The translations under genes were made by a program, and so were the position numbers. The notes under the pieces were generated by a model. The model made no database searches and was not told the DNA's origin. It was given only the letters and a program-made list of their open reading frames with translations. A DNA stretch of 31,327 nt, taken from assembly GCA_045594525.1 (NCBI GenBank), contig JAZNYR010000132.1, forward strand, positions 1-31,327. The letters are read 5' to 3'. The stretch comes from Clostridia bacterium (GTDB lineage: Bacteria > Bacillota > Clostridia > HGM11514). Shown here piece by piece: positions 18,395-27,153 of this stretch; the first letter of the stretch is position 1; every line of letters starts with the position of its first letter.

Positions 18395-19036
18395 ATGAGT
18401 GAGAAAAAAGTACCTATGACAACAATCAAACGGCTGCCCCGATATTATCGGTATCTGAGTGACTTGATGCGTGACGGGATTTATCGGATTTCTTCGGGCG
18501 AGTTGAGCAAAAGAATGGGAGTTACTTCTTCTCAAATCCGCCAGGATTTGAACTTCTTTGGAGGATTCGGCCAGCAAGGATACGGATATAATGTGGAGCA
18601 TTTATATTATGAAATTGGTGAAATTTTAGGAGTAAGAACCCAAAACGCCACCATTATCATTGGCGGCGGAAAGCTGGGACAGGCCCTTGCCAATTACCCC
18701 GCTCTTTCACGGCGGGGATTTTCCGTAGTTGCTATTTTTGATATTAATTTAGAACTGGTAGGTCAGACCATTGGCGGAGCACCGGTCTATCACATTGACC
18801 GTCTGGAATCCTTCATGGAACAAAACGATGTGCGGGTGGCGATTCTAACCTTGCCCAAAGAAGCAAGCACCGGTGTGGCAAAGCGGTTGGCAAACTGCGG
18901 TATTCGGGGAATTTTAAACTTCTCTTATGTGGATTTGGATCTTCCCTCTTCTGTTGCACTGGAGAATGTGCATTTAACAGACAGCCTCATGACTCTTTCT
19001 TATAAAATTACCAGACAGGAGGAAGCAAAGGAATGA
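18395..19036 (+). CDS. rex: Redox-sensing transcriptional repressor Rex
   Basis: TIKRLPRYYRYL, ISSGELS, SQIRQDLNFFGGFGQQGYGYNV, GGGKLG NAD-binding motif, ILNFS; start at ATG 18395 fits GGAGG spacing. Confidence 0.96.
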   Translation: MSEKKVPMTTIKRLPRYYRYLSDLMRDGIYRISSGELSKRMGVTSSQIRQDLNFFGGFGQQGYGYNVEHLYYEIGEILGVRTQNATIIIGGGKLGQALANYPALSRRGFSVVAIFDINLELVGQTIGGAPVYHIDRLESFMEQNDVRVAILTLPKEASTGVAKRLANCGIRGILNFSYVDLDLPSSVALENVHLTDSLMTLSYKITRQEEAKE

Positions 19037-20004
19037 CAGATTTATGCAATCCCTCATTTTTCCATGGAGTTTGTGAATGGGAAGAAAGCGAAAACGGGGT
19101 ATCTATCACCCGTTTGCCCAAAAAAGTACTGGATTGGTATCAACACCAAAACGAAAATTGGTATAAGTATGCCTGCTGTTATTCAGGGATTCGTTTGGAA
19201 ACAGAAACCAACGCCACATCCCTGACCTTCTCTTTGGAATATGAAAACGGAACCCCTGCGTTTGCAAGCTTTGGTTTGATGATTGACGGGCAGGTTCAGC
19301 CTGTGATTTCTCTCACCGCAGAGGAGTTAAGCAATCCTGTTACCATTCCTCTGGACGGACAAACGCATCGAGTGGTTGTTTATTTTCCCCACCTCATTTC
19401 TTTTGTCATAAAAAGTGCCGTGGCAGAGGGTGATGCCAAGCCCATAGAACCAAAGAAACAACGATATTATGCCTTTGGTGATTCCATTACGCAAGGTTCC
19501 ACGGGAGAAAACCCGTGCTTTACCTATCCGGCTCAGCTTGCCAGATGCTTTGATTTAGAATTTTGGAATTTCGGTGTTTGCGGACTTCGTTTTCGGGAAG
19601 GAACTCTTGACGGAATCGAAGCTCTTCCTACTCCTGATTTTGTTACCGTGGCTTTGGGTACCAATGATTTTACGGACGGCAGAACGGAAAATATGTCTTC
19701 CTTTTTGAAAAGCTGTGCAGGCTATTTGAAAAAAATTGATGCCATGTATCACAATGTTCCCACCTATATTCTTCTTCCTATCTGGAGAACAGACGAAATG
19801 CAATCGGTAAAACGAGGCAACTTACAAAACATTCGGGACAACATTACCCGTATTGTCGAGTTTTATCCTAATATGACAGTGATTGACTGTCAGGATATGA
19901 TTCCTCACGACGAGAAATTTTATGATGACGGACTTCATCCAAACAGCGAAGGATTTCTCCATTACGGAAAAAATTTATGCGAAGCTTTGAAGGAAAGGCT
20001 GTGA
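19033..20004 (+). CDS. SGNH/GDSL-type hydrolase with N-terminal beta domain
   Basis: Blocks FGDSITQG, ALGTND and DGLHPN. Confidence 0.88.
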   Translation: MTDLCNPSFFHGVCEWEESENGVSITRLPKKVLDWYQHQNENWYKYACCYSGIRLETETNATSLTFSLEYENGTPAFASFGLMIDGQVQPVISLTAEELSNPVTIPLDGQTHRVVVYFPHLISFVIKSAVAEGDAKPIEPKKQRYYAFGDSITQGSTGENPCFTYPAQLARCFDLEFWNFGVCGLRFREGTLDGIEALPTPDFVTVALGTNDFTDGRTENMSSFLKSCAGYLKKIDAMYHNVPTYILLPIWRTDEMQSVKRGNLQNIRDNITRIVEFYPNMTVIDCQDMIPHDEKFYDDGLHPNSEGFLHYGKNLCEALKERL

Positions 20005-20011
20005 AATCGGT

Positions 20012-20575
20012 ATGGAAACCAATGCACTTGGGATTACCCACCGTTATATGAAGCAGGTCATCGGTCTCGGTGACCATGTCATAGACGCCACTGCGGGAAA
20101 CGGTCATGACACTCTGTTTATGGCCCAGCTTGTGGGAGAGGAGGGGCACATTACCGCCTTTGATATTCAACCTCAGGCACTGGAAAACACCAAAAAAAGA
20201 CTGAAAAATGCAGGAGTGGATGCCCGTGTGACCCTGATCCAGGACGGTCATCAGAATATGAAACAGTATGTCAAAGGGCCTGTAAAAGCCGTCACCTTTA
20301 ATTTCGGATACCTCCCCGGAGGAGACCATAACATCTGCACCCATGCAGATACCAGCATTGCCGCCATTTTAGCAGCCTTGGAGCTAATTTCGGAGGACGG
20401 TATGGTATTGCTGGGGATTTATTACGGCGGTGACAGCGGATTTGAGGAAAAAGATGCCTTAATGGCGTTTTTAAAAACCTTGAACCCTCATGAATACAGC
20501 GTGCTGTGCCATGATTTTATCAATTATCCCAACTGTCCGCCCTTGGCGGTCAGAATTATTAAGGAGAGGCGTTAA
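20012..20575 (+). CDS. mnmM: Class I SAM-dependent methyltransferase, YtqB/MnmM family (tRNA mnm5s2U34 methyltransferase)
   Basis: IDATAGNGHDT, FDIQ, FNFGYLPGGD, YYGGDSGFEEK, FINYPNCPP. Confidence 0.8.
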   Translation: METNALGITHRYMKQVIGLGDHVIDATAGNGHDTLFMAQLVGEEGHITAFDIQPQALENTKKRLKNAGVDARVTLIQDGHQNMKQYVKGPVKAVTFNFGYLPGGDHNICTHADTSIAAILAALELISEDGMVLLGIYYGGDSGFEEKDALMAFLKTLNPHEYSVLCHDFINYPNCPPLAVRIIKERR

Positions 20576-21846
20576 TGGAAACAGAACAAAAACGGTTAAC
20601 CGCCATTCTGGTGGGACTAAACACCGGAGGACGGGATTTGTTAGAAGAGTCCACCACACAATCCATGGAAGAACTGGAAGCTCTGGCTGATGCGGCAGAA
20701 GTGGACACGGTTGCAGTTGTGATGCAAAACCGCCAGACGGTAGAGGCAGCAACCTATATTGGCCCCGGAAAATTACAGGAGGTTTGTGAACTTTGCCAAA
20801 GTTTACATCCTGATTTTTTGCTGTTTGACGACGAACTGTCCGGTTCTCAAGTTCGAAATATTGAAGAGGCTTCAGGGGTAACGGTCATTGACCGAAGCCG
20901 TCTGATTTTAGATATTTTTGCCGGCCGTGCCACCTCCAGAGAGGGAAAATGTCAGGTCGAGCTGGCACAATTACAATATTTACTGCCCAGACTGTCCGGT
21001 GTGGGTGCTTCCATGTCCCGTCAGGGGGCAGGAATCGGCACAAGAGGTCCGGGAGAAACCCGACTGGAAACAGACCGTCGGCACATCCGCACCAGAATTG
21101 CCAAATTAAAAGAAGATTTAAAAGAGATTGAACAGCATCGCCGCACAAGGCGCAGTAAGCGGTTAAAAGAAGGCATTCCCCAAGTGGCGCTGGTGGGCTA
21201 TACCAATGCAGGAAAATCCACCTTATTAAACTGTCTGACAGATGCGGGTACCTTTGCAAAGGATCAACTGTTTGCAACCCTGGACCCTCTGGTAAAGCGA
21301 ATGGAGCTGGCAGAGGATTTTCCCATTGTGGTAACTGACACGGTAGGGTTTGTCCGAAAGCTTCCTCATCATCTGGTAGAAGCGTTCCGCTCCACCTTGG
21401 AGGAAAGCATTTATGCAGATGTAGTGCTCCATGTGGTAGATGCCTCCAATCCCGAATATTCCCTGCAAATGGAGGTAGCACAAAAGCTGCTGGCCTCTTT
21501 GGGCGTAAAAGAAAATGTAATTATTACAGTATTTAATCAAATTGATAAGGCTCAAGGGGAGCTTCCTCACATGGCAGACAGTGTGTGCATCTCTGCAAAA
21601 ACAGGGGAAGGTATCGAGGAGCTTTTGAATTTGCTTCGGAAACGGCTGGTTCCGGTGCGCAGAAGTGTAACGGTTTGTATCCCTTATTCGGAAGGAAAAA
21701 TTGCCGCCATGCTCCATGAAAAAACAAAGGTGGAGCAGGAGGAATTTACGGAAAACGGTCAGGTAATGAAGGTGGTGGCAGACCGAGAACTGATGTCCCT
21801 CCTCGCCCCTTATCTGACAGAGGAGGAAACGGATGAAGCCTTATAA
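20575..21846 (+). CDS. hflX: GTPase HflX
   Basis: IDRSRLILDIFA, QVELAQLQYLLPRL, GTRGPGETRLE, GYTNAGKST, LFATLDP, DTVGF, AFRSTLEE. Confidence 0.97.
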   Translation: METEQKRLTAILVGLNTGGRDLLEESTTQSMEELEALADAAEVDTVAVVMQNRQTVEAATYIGPGKLQEVCELCQSLHPDFLLFDDELSGSQVRNIEEASGVTVIDRSRLILDIFAGRATSREGKCQVELAQLQYLLPRLSGVGASMSRQGAGIGTRGPGETRLETDRRHIRTRIAKLKEDLKEIEQHRRTRRSKRLKEGIPQVALVGYTNAGKSTLLNCLTDAGTFAKDQLFATLDPLVKRMELAEDFPIVVTDTVGFVRKLPHHLVEAFRSTLEESIYADVVLHVVDASNPEYSLQMEVAQKLLASLGVKENVIITVFNQIDKAQGELPHMADSVCISAKTGEGIEELLNLLRKRLVPVRRSVTVCIPYSEGKIAAMLHEKTKVEQEEFTENGQVMKVVADRELMSLLAPYLTEEETDEAL

Positions 21847-22459
21847 AACCTTTGGACAAATTGCCGTGGCAGAGCTGGTAGAAAAGCGTTCCCGATTCAT
21901 TGCCCAAGCATTTCGGATTCAGACCGAGGAAGAGGCCATTTCTATTTTAAATGACATACGAAGCAAATACTGGGATGCCCGTCACCATGTCTATGCTTAC
22001 ACCGTACGGGAAAACAACATTACCCGCTTTTCGGATGACGGAGAACCTGCTAAAACCGCAGGACCGCCCGTGTTGGATGTGATTACCCGTGAGGATGTCA
22101 CGGACTGTATGATTGTGGTCACCCGTTATTTTGGCGGAACCTTGTTGGGTGCAGGAGGGTTGGTAAGAGCCTACGGAAAAAGTGCCAAAATGGCATTGGA
22201 TGAAGCGACGGTAATTACTATGACGCCCTGCGTTCAGTATTGTGCCACCGTTGGCTACGGAGATTGGGGAAAGTTTCAGAATGTACTGAAAAATTTGGGA
22301 GCATCTTCTCCCGAAGGAGAGTTTGGAGCAGAGATTACCGCAAGCTTTTGGATTCCACTGACCGAGGAAGAAAGAGCCTTGGCAGAACTGACCGAGCAGT
22401 TTAACGCTCTCATTGTTCCCCAAAAAATACAGGAAGATTTTTTTTGCTTGGAAAACTAA
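21833..22459 (+). CDS. YigZ/IMPACT family protein
   Basis: EKRSRFIA, ARHHVYAY, SDDGEP, VVTRYFGGTLLGAGGLVRAY. Confidence 0.92.
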   Translation: MKPYKTFGQIAVAELVEKRSRFIAQAFRIQTEEEAISILNDIRSKYWDARHHVYAYTVRENNITRFSDDGEPAKTAGPPVLDVITREDVTDCMIVVTRYFGGTLLGAGGLVRAYGKSAKMALDEATVITMTPCVQYCATVGYGDWGKFQNVLKNLGASSPEGEFGAEITASFWIPLTEEERALAELTEQFNALIVPQKIQEDFFCLEN

Positions 22460-22565
22460 AAGAGGATATAAAAATCTCCAGACCGCAAAGTGATCAATAA
22501 AAAAAAGATGATCAAAAATTTTGCTACCCCTTTTAGAAAACTGTTTTGAAAGAAGGAAGGATATT

Positions 22566-22712
22566 ATGGAACCCAAAAAATTGTTTCCCACCGCCCCTTT
22601 GGGGTTTGATAAAAAGGCTGTTATCGCCTATATTGAACAGCTAAATCTTGCTTATGAGGAAGAGCTGAAAAAGAAAGATGAACTGATTCAACAATTACAA
22701 GAAAATAAATAA
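22566..22712 (+). CDS. 48-aa DivIVA/GpsB N-terminal-domain-like protein
   Basis: RBS AAGGAAGG; LFPTAPLGFDKKAVIAYIEQL resembles the DivIVA motif F..xxxGY/F..xxVxxxL, followed by a short coiled coil. Confidence 0.6.
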   Translation: MEPKKLFPTAPLGFDKKAVIAYIEQLNLAYEEELKKKDELIQQLQENK

Positions 22713-22750
22713 AAGACCCGCAAGGAACAATTCCTTGCGGGTATATTTTT
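22711..22750. terminator. Bidirectional intrinsic terminator
   Basis: 12-bp stem acccgcaaggaa-caa-ttccttgcgggt with A-rich and T-rich flanks between convergent genes. Confidence 0.85.
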
Positions 22751-24980
22751 ACCTTTCATCTGCCGGTAACTCTATAGGTGCTTGAGGCACAATGGGTTGT
22801 TCCGGCACAGGGACAGGATTCTCGGGGGTTTGATTACCCGGTGTCTCTTCCGGTGCAGGTGATTGGGGAGAGGGTGTTTCCTCCGGAAGGGTAACAGGTG
22901 TTTCAGAAGGTTCAGGTGAATCAGAAGGTTCTTCCTCTTCGCCTTCCTCTCCTTCTTCTCCCTCTTCATCTTCATCCTCGTCTTCGTCTTCCTCGTCCTT
23001 TTCTTTCTCTTCTTTTGCTTCGCTATTGATAGCCAAGTTATAATTTACATTAGAAGGCCATTCAAAATCACGGGGTGCCAAACCGAGTTCGCTATGCACC
23101 CGACGCATAACAGTTCCCCAGATAGAAGTACTGATGCCGTCAAATGTGTATTGATACAAATCCTTCGGCTGGTCGAATCCGCACCATACTGCTCCTGCAT
23201 AGTAAGGAGAAGTACCACAGAACCAAAGGTCATGAGCATTATCTGTTGTTCCCGTTTTTCCTAAAGAGGAAATTCCGTTTCCAAGCCATGCTGCAGTACC
23301 GGTACCGCTTGTGACAACAGAACGCAGACAGCTCATCATCATAGCATTGTTTTCGGGACTAAACACATAGGTTTCTTCCACCGTTTTTTCCAGCAACACA
23401 TTTCCGTCCGCATCCAACACCTTCGTATAGGTATGAGGAGTCAAATGCGTGCCGTTATTTGCAAAAGTTGCATAAGCTGCTGTCATTTCTTTTACGGTTA
23501 CACCATCGGTCAAACCGCCCAATGCCAGACCGGCAAGGTGTTTGTCTGTATGAACGAAACCGTCCTCCGCTTTTCTTGAATCAACTAAAGTAGAGAAATG
23601 GAACCGTTCTGTCATGTAATCAAAGGAAGTTTCTACTCCCAACATCTGCAATGTTCTTACTGCAACAATGTTAATAGAACGGGCAACGGCATTACGAACG
23701 CTGACTGCCCCCGAGAAAGAAAAGTCATAGTTATTGGGTTTCCAGCTTCCCACGGTAATGGGTTTATCAATAATAATGGTTCCCGGACCGATGAGTCCTT
23801 CTTCCATAGCAGGGCCGTAAACCGCAATAGGCTTAATGGTGGACCCTGGTTGACGGGTGGTCTGGGTGGCACGGTTTAAGGTACGATTGCTTTCCTTGTT
23901 TCCGCGACCGCCGATCAGCGCTTTGATTTCGCCGGTATAAGGATCCATAATAACCATGGAGGATTCCATCTGTTCTTTCCCCGAGGGAGTACCGAAATTG
24001 GAATCATCCGCATATTCTTCCTCCAGAATCGTTTGAATTCTGGCATCCATGGTGGTATAAATCTTCAAACCGCCGTTATAAAGCAGCTTTGCTGCATAGT
24101 TGGGAGCATACCCCTTTTCTTCCTGCAAATCCTTCAGCACTTCGTCAATCACCGCATCGACAAAATAGGACTGAATCTGATTTTCATCGTTGTCCCCTCC
24201 GCCGAAGGTGATTTCATAAGCCAAAGCTTCTTCGTATTCTTGTTCCGTGATATAATCCAGCTCCAGCATTTTTGCCAGAACTACTTTCTGCTTGGTCAGG
24301 TTTGCTTCCGGGTTTAAGATAGGGTCATACTGGGTGGGATACTGGGTAATTCCCGCCAATGATGCAGCTTCCGCCAGATTCAGCTCGCTGACATCCTTTC
24401 CGAAATAAGTATATGCTGCGGTTTTCACACCGTTACAGCCCTGTCCCAGATAAATGGTATTCAAATACAATTCCAGAATGCTTTCTTTATCCATTTGCTG
24501 TTCTAACTGAATGGCACGGATAATTTCACGCAACTTACGGCTGACTACCGCTTCATCATCCCCTGTCAGGTTCTTAATCAACTGCTGGGTGATGGTACTT
24601 CCGCCGTAGGAATTATCGCTTTTCATCACATAATTCAATGCTGCACCGATGAACCGCTTTAAGTCAAAACCCTTATGGCTCCAAAAGCGTTCATCTTCAA
24701 TAGCAACAATGGCATCTTTCAGATAAGGGGAAATATCCTCCATGTCTGCCCAGATACGGTTTTCCGTTCCTGACAGTTGATGATATTCCACATCGTTACC
24801 GTTTTCATCTGTATAATACAGAAAAGATGTAAAATTCAAGTTGATATCGTCTGTATTAAACTCTGTAAATACATCATTGGTAGTCAGCATAATTGCCCCT
24901 ACCGTACATCCTGCAAGGATAGACAGAATCAACACAAAGATCAGCAAGAATTTTAAAAATATTTTGACTGACCGTTTCAT
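22749..24980 (-). CDS. Class A penicillin-binding protein (PBP1A family) with acidic, Pro-rich C-terminal tail
   Basis: N-terminal TM; transglycosylase motifs EDERF, GGSTITQQL, RKLREI; transpeptidase STIK, SIN, KTGT; start moved to ATG 24980 (GGGGG upstream). Confidence 0.95.
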   Translation of the reverse strand: MKRSVKIFLKFLLIFVLILSILAGCTVGAIMLTTNDVFTEFNTDDINLNFTSFLYYTDENGNDVEYHQLSGTENRIWADMEDISPYLKDAIVAIEDERFWSHKGFDLKRFIGAALNYVMKSDNSYGGSTITQQLIKNLTGDDEAVVSRKLREIIRAIQLEQQMDKESILELYLNTIYLGQGCNGVKTAAYTYFGKDVSELNLAEAASLAGITQYPTQYDPILNPEANLTKQKVVLAKMLELDYITEQEYEEALAYEITFGGGDNDENQIQSYFVDAVIDEVLKDLQEEKGYAPNYAAKLLYNGGLKIYTTMDARIQTILEEEYADDSNFGTPSGKEQMESSMVIMDPYTGEIKALIGGRGNKESNRTLNRATQTTRQPGSTIKPIAVYGPAMEEGLIGPGTIIIDKPITVGSWKPNNYDFSFSGAVSVRNAVARSINIVAVRTLQMLGVETSFDYMTERFHFSTLVDSRKAEDGFVHTDKHLAGLALGGLTDGVTVKEMTAAYATFANNGTHLTPHTYTKVLDADGNVLLEKTVEETYVFSPENNAMMMSCLRSVVTSGTGTAAWLGNGISSLGKTGTTDNAHDLWFCGTSPYYAGAVWCGFDQPKDLYQYTFDGISTSIWGTVMRRVHSELGLAPRDFEWPSNVNYNLAINSEAKEEKEKDEEDEDEDEDEEGEEGEEGEEEEPSDSPEPSETPVTLPEETPSPQSPAPEETPGNQTPENPVPVPEQPIVPQAPIELPADER

Positions 24981-25091
24981 AGTAAACCCCCAATTCAATC
25001 TGTATCTGTTATTATATCTTGTCTTACCTTATATTATAGCACAAATTCCGGATTTTTTGTTTAAAATTGTGTTACATTTTTCTTAATATTT

Positions 25092-25120
25092 GTATAAAAA
25101 CGGGGAAAAAATGAAAACTA
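25092..25120 (+). promoter_or_regulatory. Possible forespore sigma (F/G-like) promoter
   Basis: GTATA-N17-AAAACTA resembles GHATR-N17/18-CATWHTA; lies upstream of a bofC-like gene. Confidence 0.4.
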
Positions 25121-25142
25121 AAGAAAGAAAGGTGTGATCGTT

Positions 25143-25670
25143 ATGAAAAAACCAACATTTCTTCTCGTTTGTGTCACAGGATTGATGTTGGGATTTGGCA
25201 CAGCAAAATTTCTGACTCCCTCTCCCGCCATACTGCAAAAAGCTGCCGCCACTCCCACACAGATACCCGTTTCTCAAACTTCTGTCGTGACAGAAGATTC
25301 CCGTCTTTTGGTGCGTTACAGTTTTGGCGGATGTGGCCATTTTACCCTAAATGAAGAACCTTTGCCTGCTTCCTGGATAGGAAAGGAAGCCGCATCCCTT
25401 TCCTTGCCCGGTACATTATTTGAAACCTTTGAAGAAAACACTCTTTATCTGGCAAAAATCAGTCAGAAAAAATGTGATTGTCATTTTGTTCTGACCGCAC
25501 AGGGGAACGAGCTGGTGGTCACCTATCAGAATGACCCCTCGAAAGTGCGGGATCGTCACAGTTTTCGTCCCCAGTTATTGTCTGAAACAGAGCTTCAAAA
25601 ACTGCAGGCGGGAATTTATCTGGATTCCGAAGAAGAATTAACCCGCCTGTTAGAGGATTATTGCAGTTGA
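25143..25670 (+). CDS. BofC C-terminal-domain-containing protein
   Basis: N-terminal hydrophobic/signal segment; C-terminal LQKLQAGIYLDSEEELTRLLEDYCS fits the BofC_C pattern; RBS AAGGTG. Confidence 0.7.
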   Translation: MKKPTFLLVCVTGLMLGFGTAKFLTPSPAILQKAAATPTQIPVSQTSVVTEDSRLLVRYSFGGCGHFTLNEEPLPASWIGKEAASLSLPGTLFETFEENTLYLAKISQKKCDCHFVLTAQGNELVVTYQNDPSKVRDRHSFRPQLLSETELQKLQAGIYLDSEEELTRLLEDYCS

Positions 25671-25695
25671 CTTTTTTCCAAAGGCACTATATAAT
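25667..25695 (+). promoter_or_regulatory. Sigma-A promoter of the alpha/beta hydrolase
   Basis: TTGACT-N17-TATAAT; the -35 overlaps the upstream stop codon. Confidence 0.75.
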
Positions 25696-25726
25696 AGGAG
25701 GGAGAAAATGAAAGGAGTTTTGACTT

Positions 25727-26560
25727 ATGATTCATAAAATCATTCCTTTAAGCGAAACCAATCAAGAGGTATATCTGGAAGTGTTCGTAGCAAATAAATT
25801 GGGCGAATTTGTCCGCGATGCTCTCCTGGTCATTCCCGGAGGAGGCTATGAAATGGTTTGCAACCATAATGAAGGAGAACCTATTGCTCACGCCTTTTTG
25901 GCAAGGGGATACAACACTTTTGTTCTTCACTATTCCATTGGAGAGCATGCCGTTTTTCCTCAACCTCTGATTGAAGCTTCCCTGGCGGTCAAACATATCA
26001 AAGACCACGCAGAGGAATACAACATCAACCCCGACCGCGTCTTTGGCTGCGGATTTTCTGCAGGAGGACACCTGTGCGCCTCCTTGGGAACCCTGTGGCA
26101 TTTGCCCGAAATTTATGAAAGGGCAGAAATCCCTTACGGTTCCAACAAATTAGCGGGTATGCTCAACATTTATCCTGTGATTTCCGCTTTGGTTCCCGGA
26201 ACACACATGCCAAGCTTCCATCGTATTTTAGGAACCGAATCCCCCTCACAAGAAGAACTGGCGCGGTATTCTCTGGAGCTTCGGGTAAGCGAAAACACCG
26301 TTCCTGCTTTTGTGGTACATACCATAGTGGACCAAACCGTATCAGTTGCCAATTCCTTGGTTTTTGCCCGGGCTTTAACCGATCACAATATTCCTTGTGA
26401 AGTACATATTTATCCCAAAGGTGCTCACGGTTTTTCTCTCGCCACCGAATGGACTGCCGAAGGATATACAGAGAAAATCAATCCAACCAATGCCAAGTGG
26501 GTTGATCTGGCTAATGACTGGATGAAATCAGTTGATACAGCACCGCACCATTGCAAATAA
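25727..26560 (+). CDS. Alpha/beta hydrolase (esterase/lipase)
   Basis: Oxyanion PGGGY, nucleophile GFSAGG, acid DQTV, His in HGFSL. Confidence 0.9.
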   Translation: MIHKIIPLSETNQEVYLEVFVANKLGEFVRDALLVIPGGGYEMVCNHNEGEPIAHAFLARGYNTFVLHYSIGEHAVFPQPLIEASLAVKHIKDHAEEYNINPDRVFGCGFSAGGHLCASLGTLWHLPEIYERAEIPYGSNKLAGMLNIYPVISALVPGTHMPSFHRILGTESPSQEELARYSLELRVSENTVPAFVVHTIVDQTVSVANSLVFARALTDHNIPCEVHIYPKGAHGFSLATEWTAEGYTEKINPTNAKWVDLANDWMKSVDTAPHHCK

Positions 26561-26774
26561 TGGCAACCGGTACCAAAATGCGAAATTTTAACTGTCTTGT
26601 TTTATGACGAAAGACTATCATACCAAGCCCTGCTCCCAAGCCACCCAGAAAAAAGGCGCACAGGAGCAGGGTTTTTTCGCTGATTCTCCACTCGTATGCC
26701 TCTGCTCTTTGCTTATCCCGTCCGTATAGCAAAAAAACGATTAAGTTCCATAATATAAACACAATTTTTAGCAT
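26511..26774 (-). CDS. DUF1294 family small membrane protein
   Basis: YGRDKQRA...WRISEKTLL..AFFLGGLGA.LGM..FRHKT signature; start moved to ATG 26774 (AAAGGAG upstream). Confidence 0.88.
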   Translation of the reverse strand: MLKIVFILWNLIVFLLYGRDKQRAEAYEWRISEKTLLLCAFFLGGLGAGLGMIVFRHKTRQLKFRILVPVAIICNGAVLYQLISSSH

Positions 26775-26814
26775 CTTCGGGCTCCTTTCAATCCTTTTTT
26801 CAAATACGAAAATA

Positions 26815-26843
26815 TTGACTATTGTAGCAATATGTGATATAAT
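26815..26843 (+). promoter_or_regulatory. Sigma-A promoter of candidate ncRNA 2
   Basis: TTGACT-N17-TATAAT with extended -10 (TGaTATAAT); no credible + strand CDS follows before a terminator. Confidence 0.8.
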
Positions 26844-26847
26844 GTTT

Positions 26848-27013
26848 TTACCACACAAATCAAATAAGGTATATTTCAAGAGAATGTTTTTGTTTTCGCA
26901 AAAAAATGCATTCTCCATTTGTGCATTCCTTGTGATATGCCAAATGATTTGTGTGGTAACAAACAGGAGTAATGCATTTTTTGGTGCATCGACTTTTGTT
27001 GATGCACTTTTTT
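26848..27013 (+). ncRNA. Candidate structured ncRNA 2 (rod-shaped, homologous to 9404-9611)
   Basis: 15-bp perfect closing stem (26848-26862 / 26945-26959), about 17-bp inner stem (26868-26886 / 26924-26941), terminator 26984-27013. Confidence 0.75.
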
Positions 27014-27052
27014 ATTTTTGCACTCTGTTTCAAAGGTTGCTACATACTTTTG

Positions 27053-27079
27053 AAAAATCCGCCTATACGGCGGTTTTTT
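27053..27079. terminator. Terminator-like hairpin
   Basis: aaaaat-ccgcc-tatac-ggcgg-tttttt. Confidence 0.5.
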
Positions 27080-27153
27080 CATTCCGTAGAGATATAAAAT
27101 TGATCTTGGTTAAATTCATTATAGAATCAGTGAACGAGTTAGATGCCAATTGG

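Noticed and set aside
22790-23010. Trinucleotide-like tandem repeats (tcttca/tcttcc)
   Set aside because: They encode the acidic, Pro-rich disordered tail of the PBP, a common feature.
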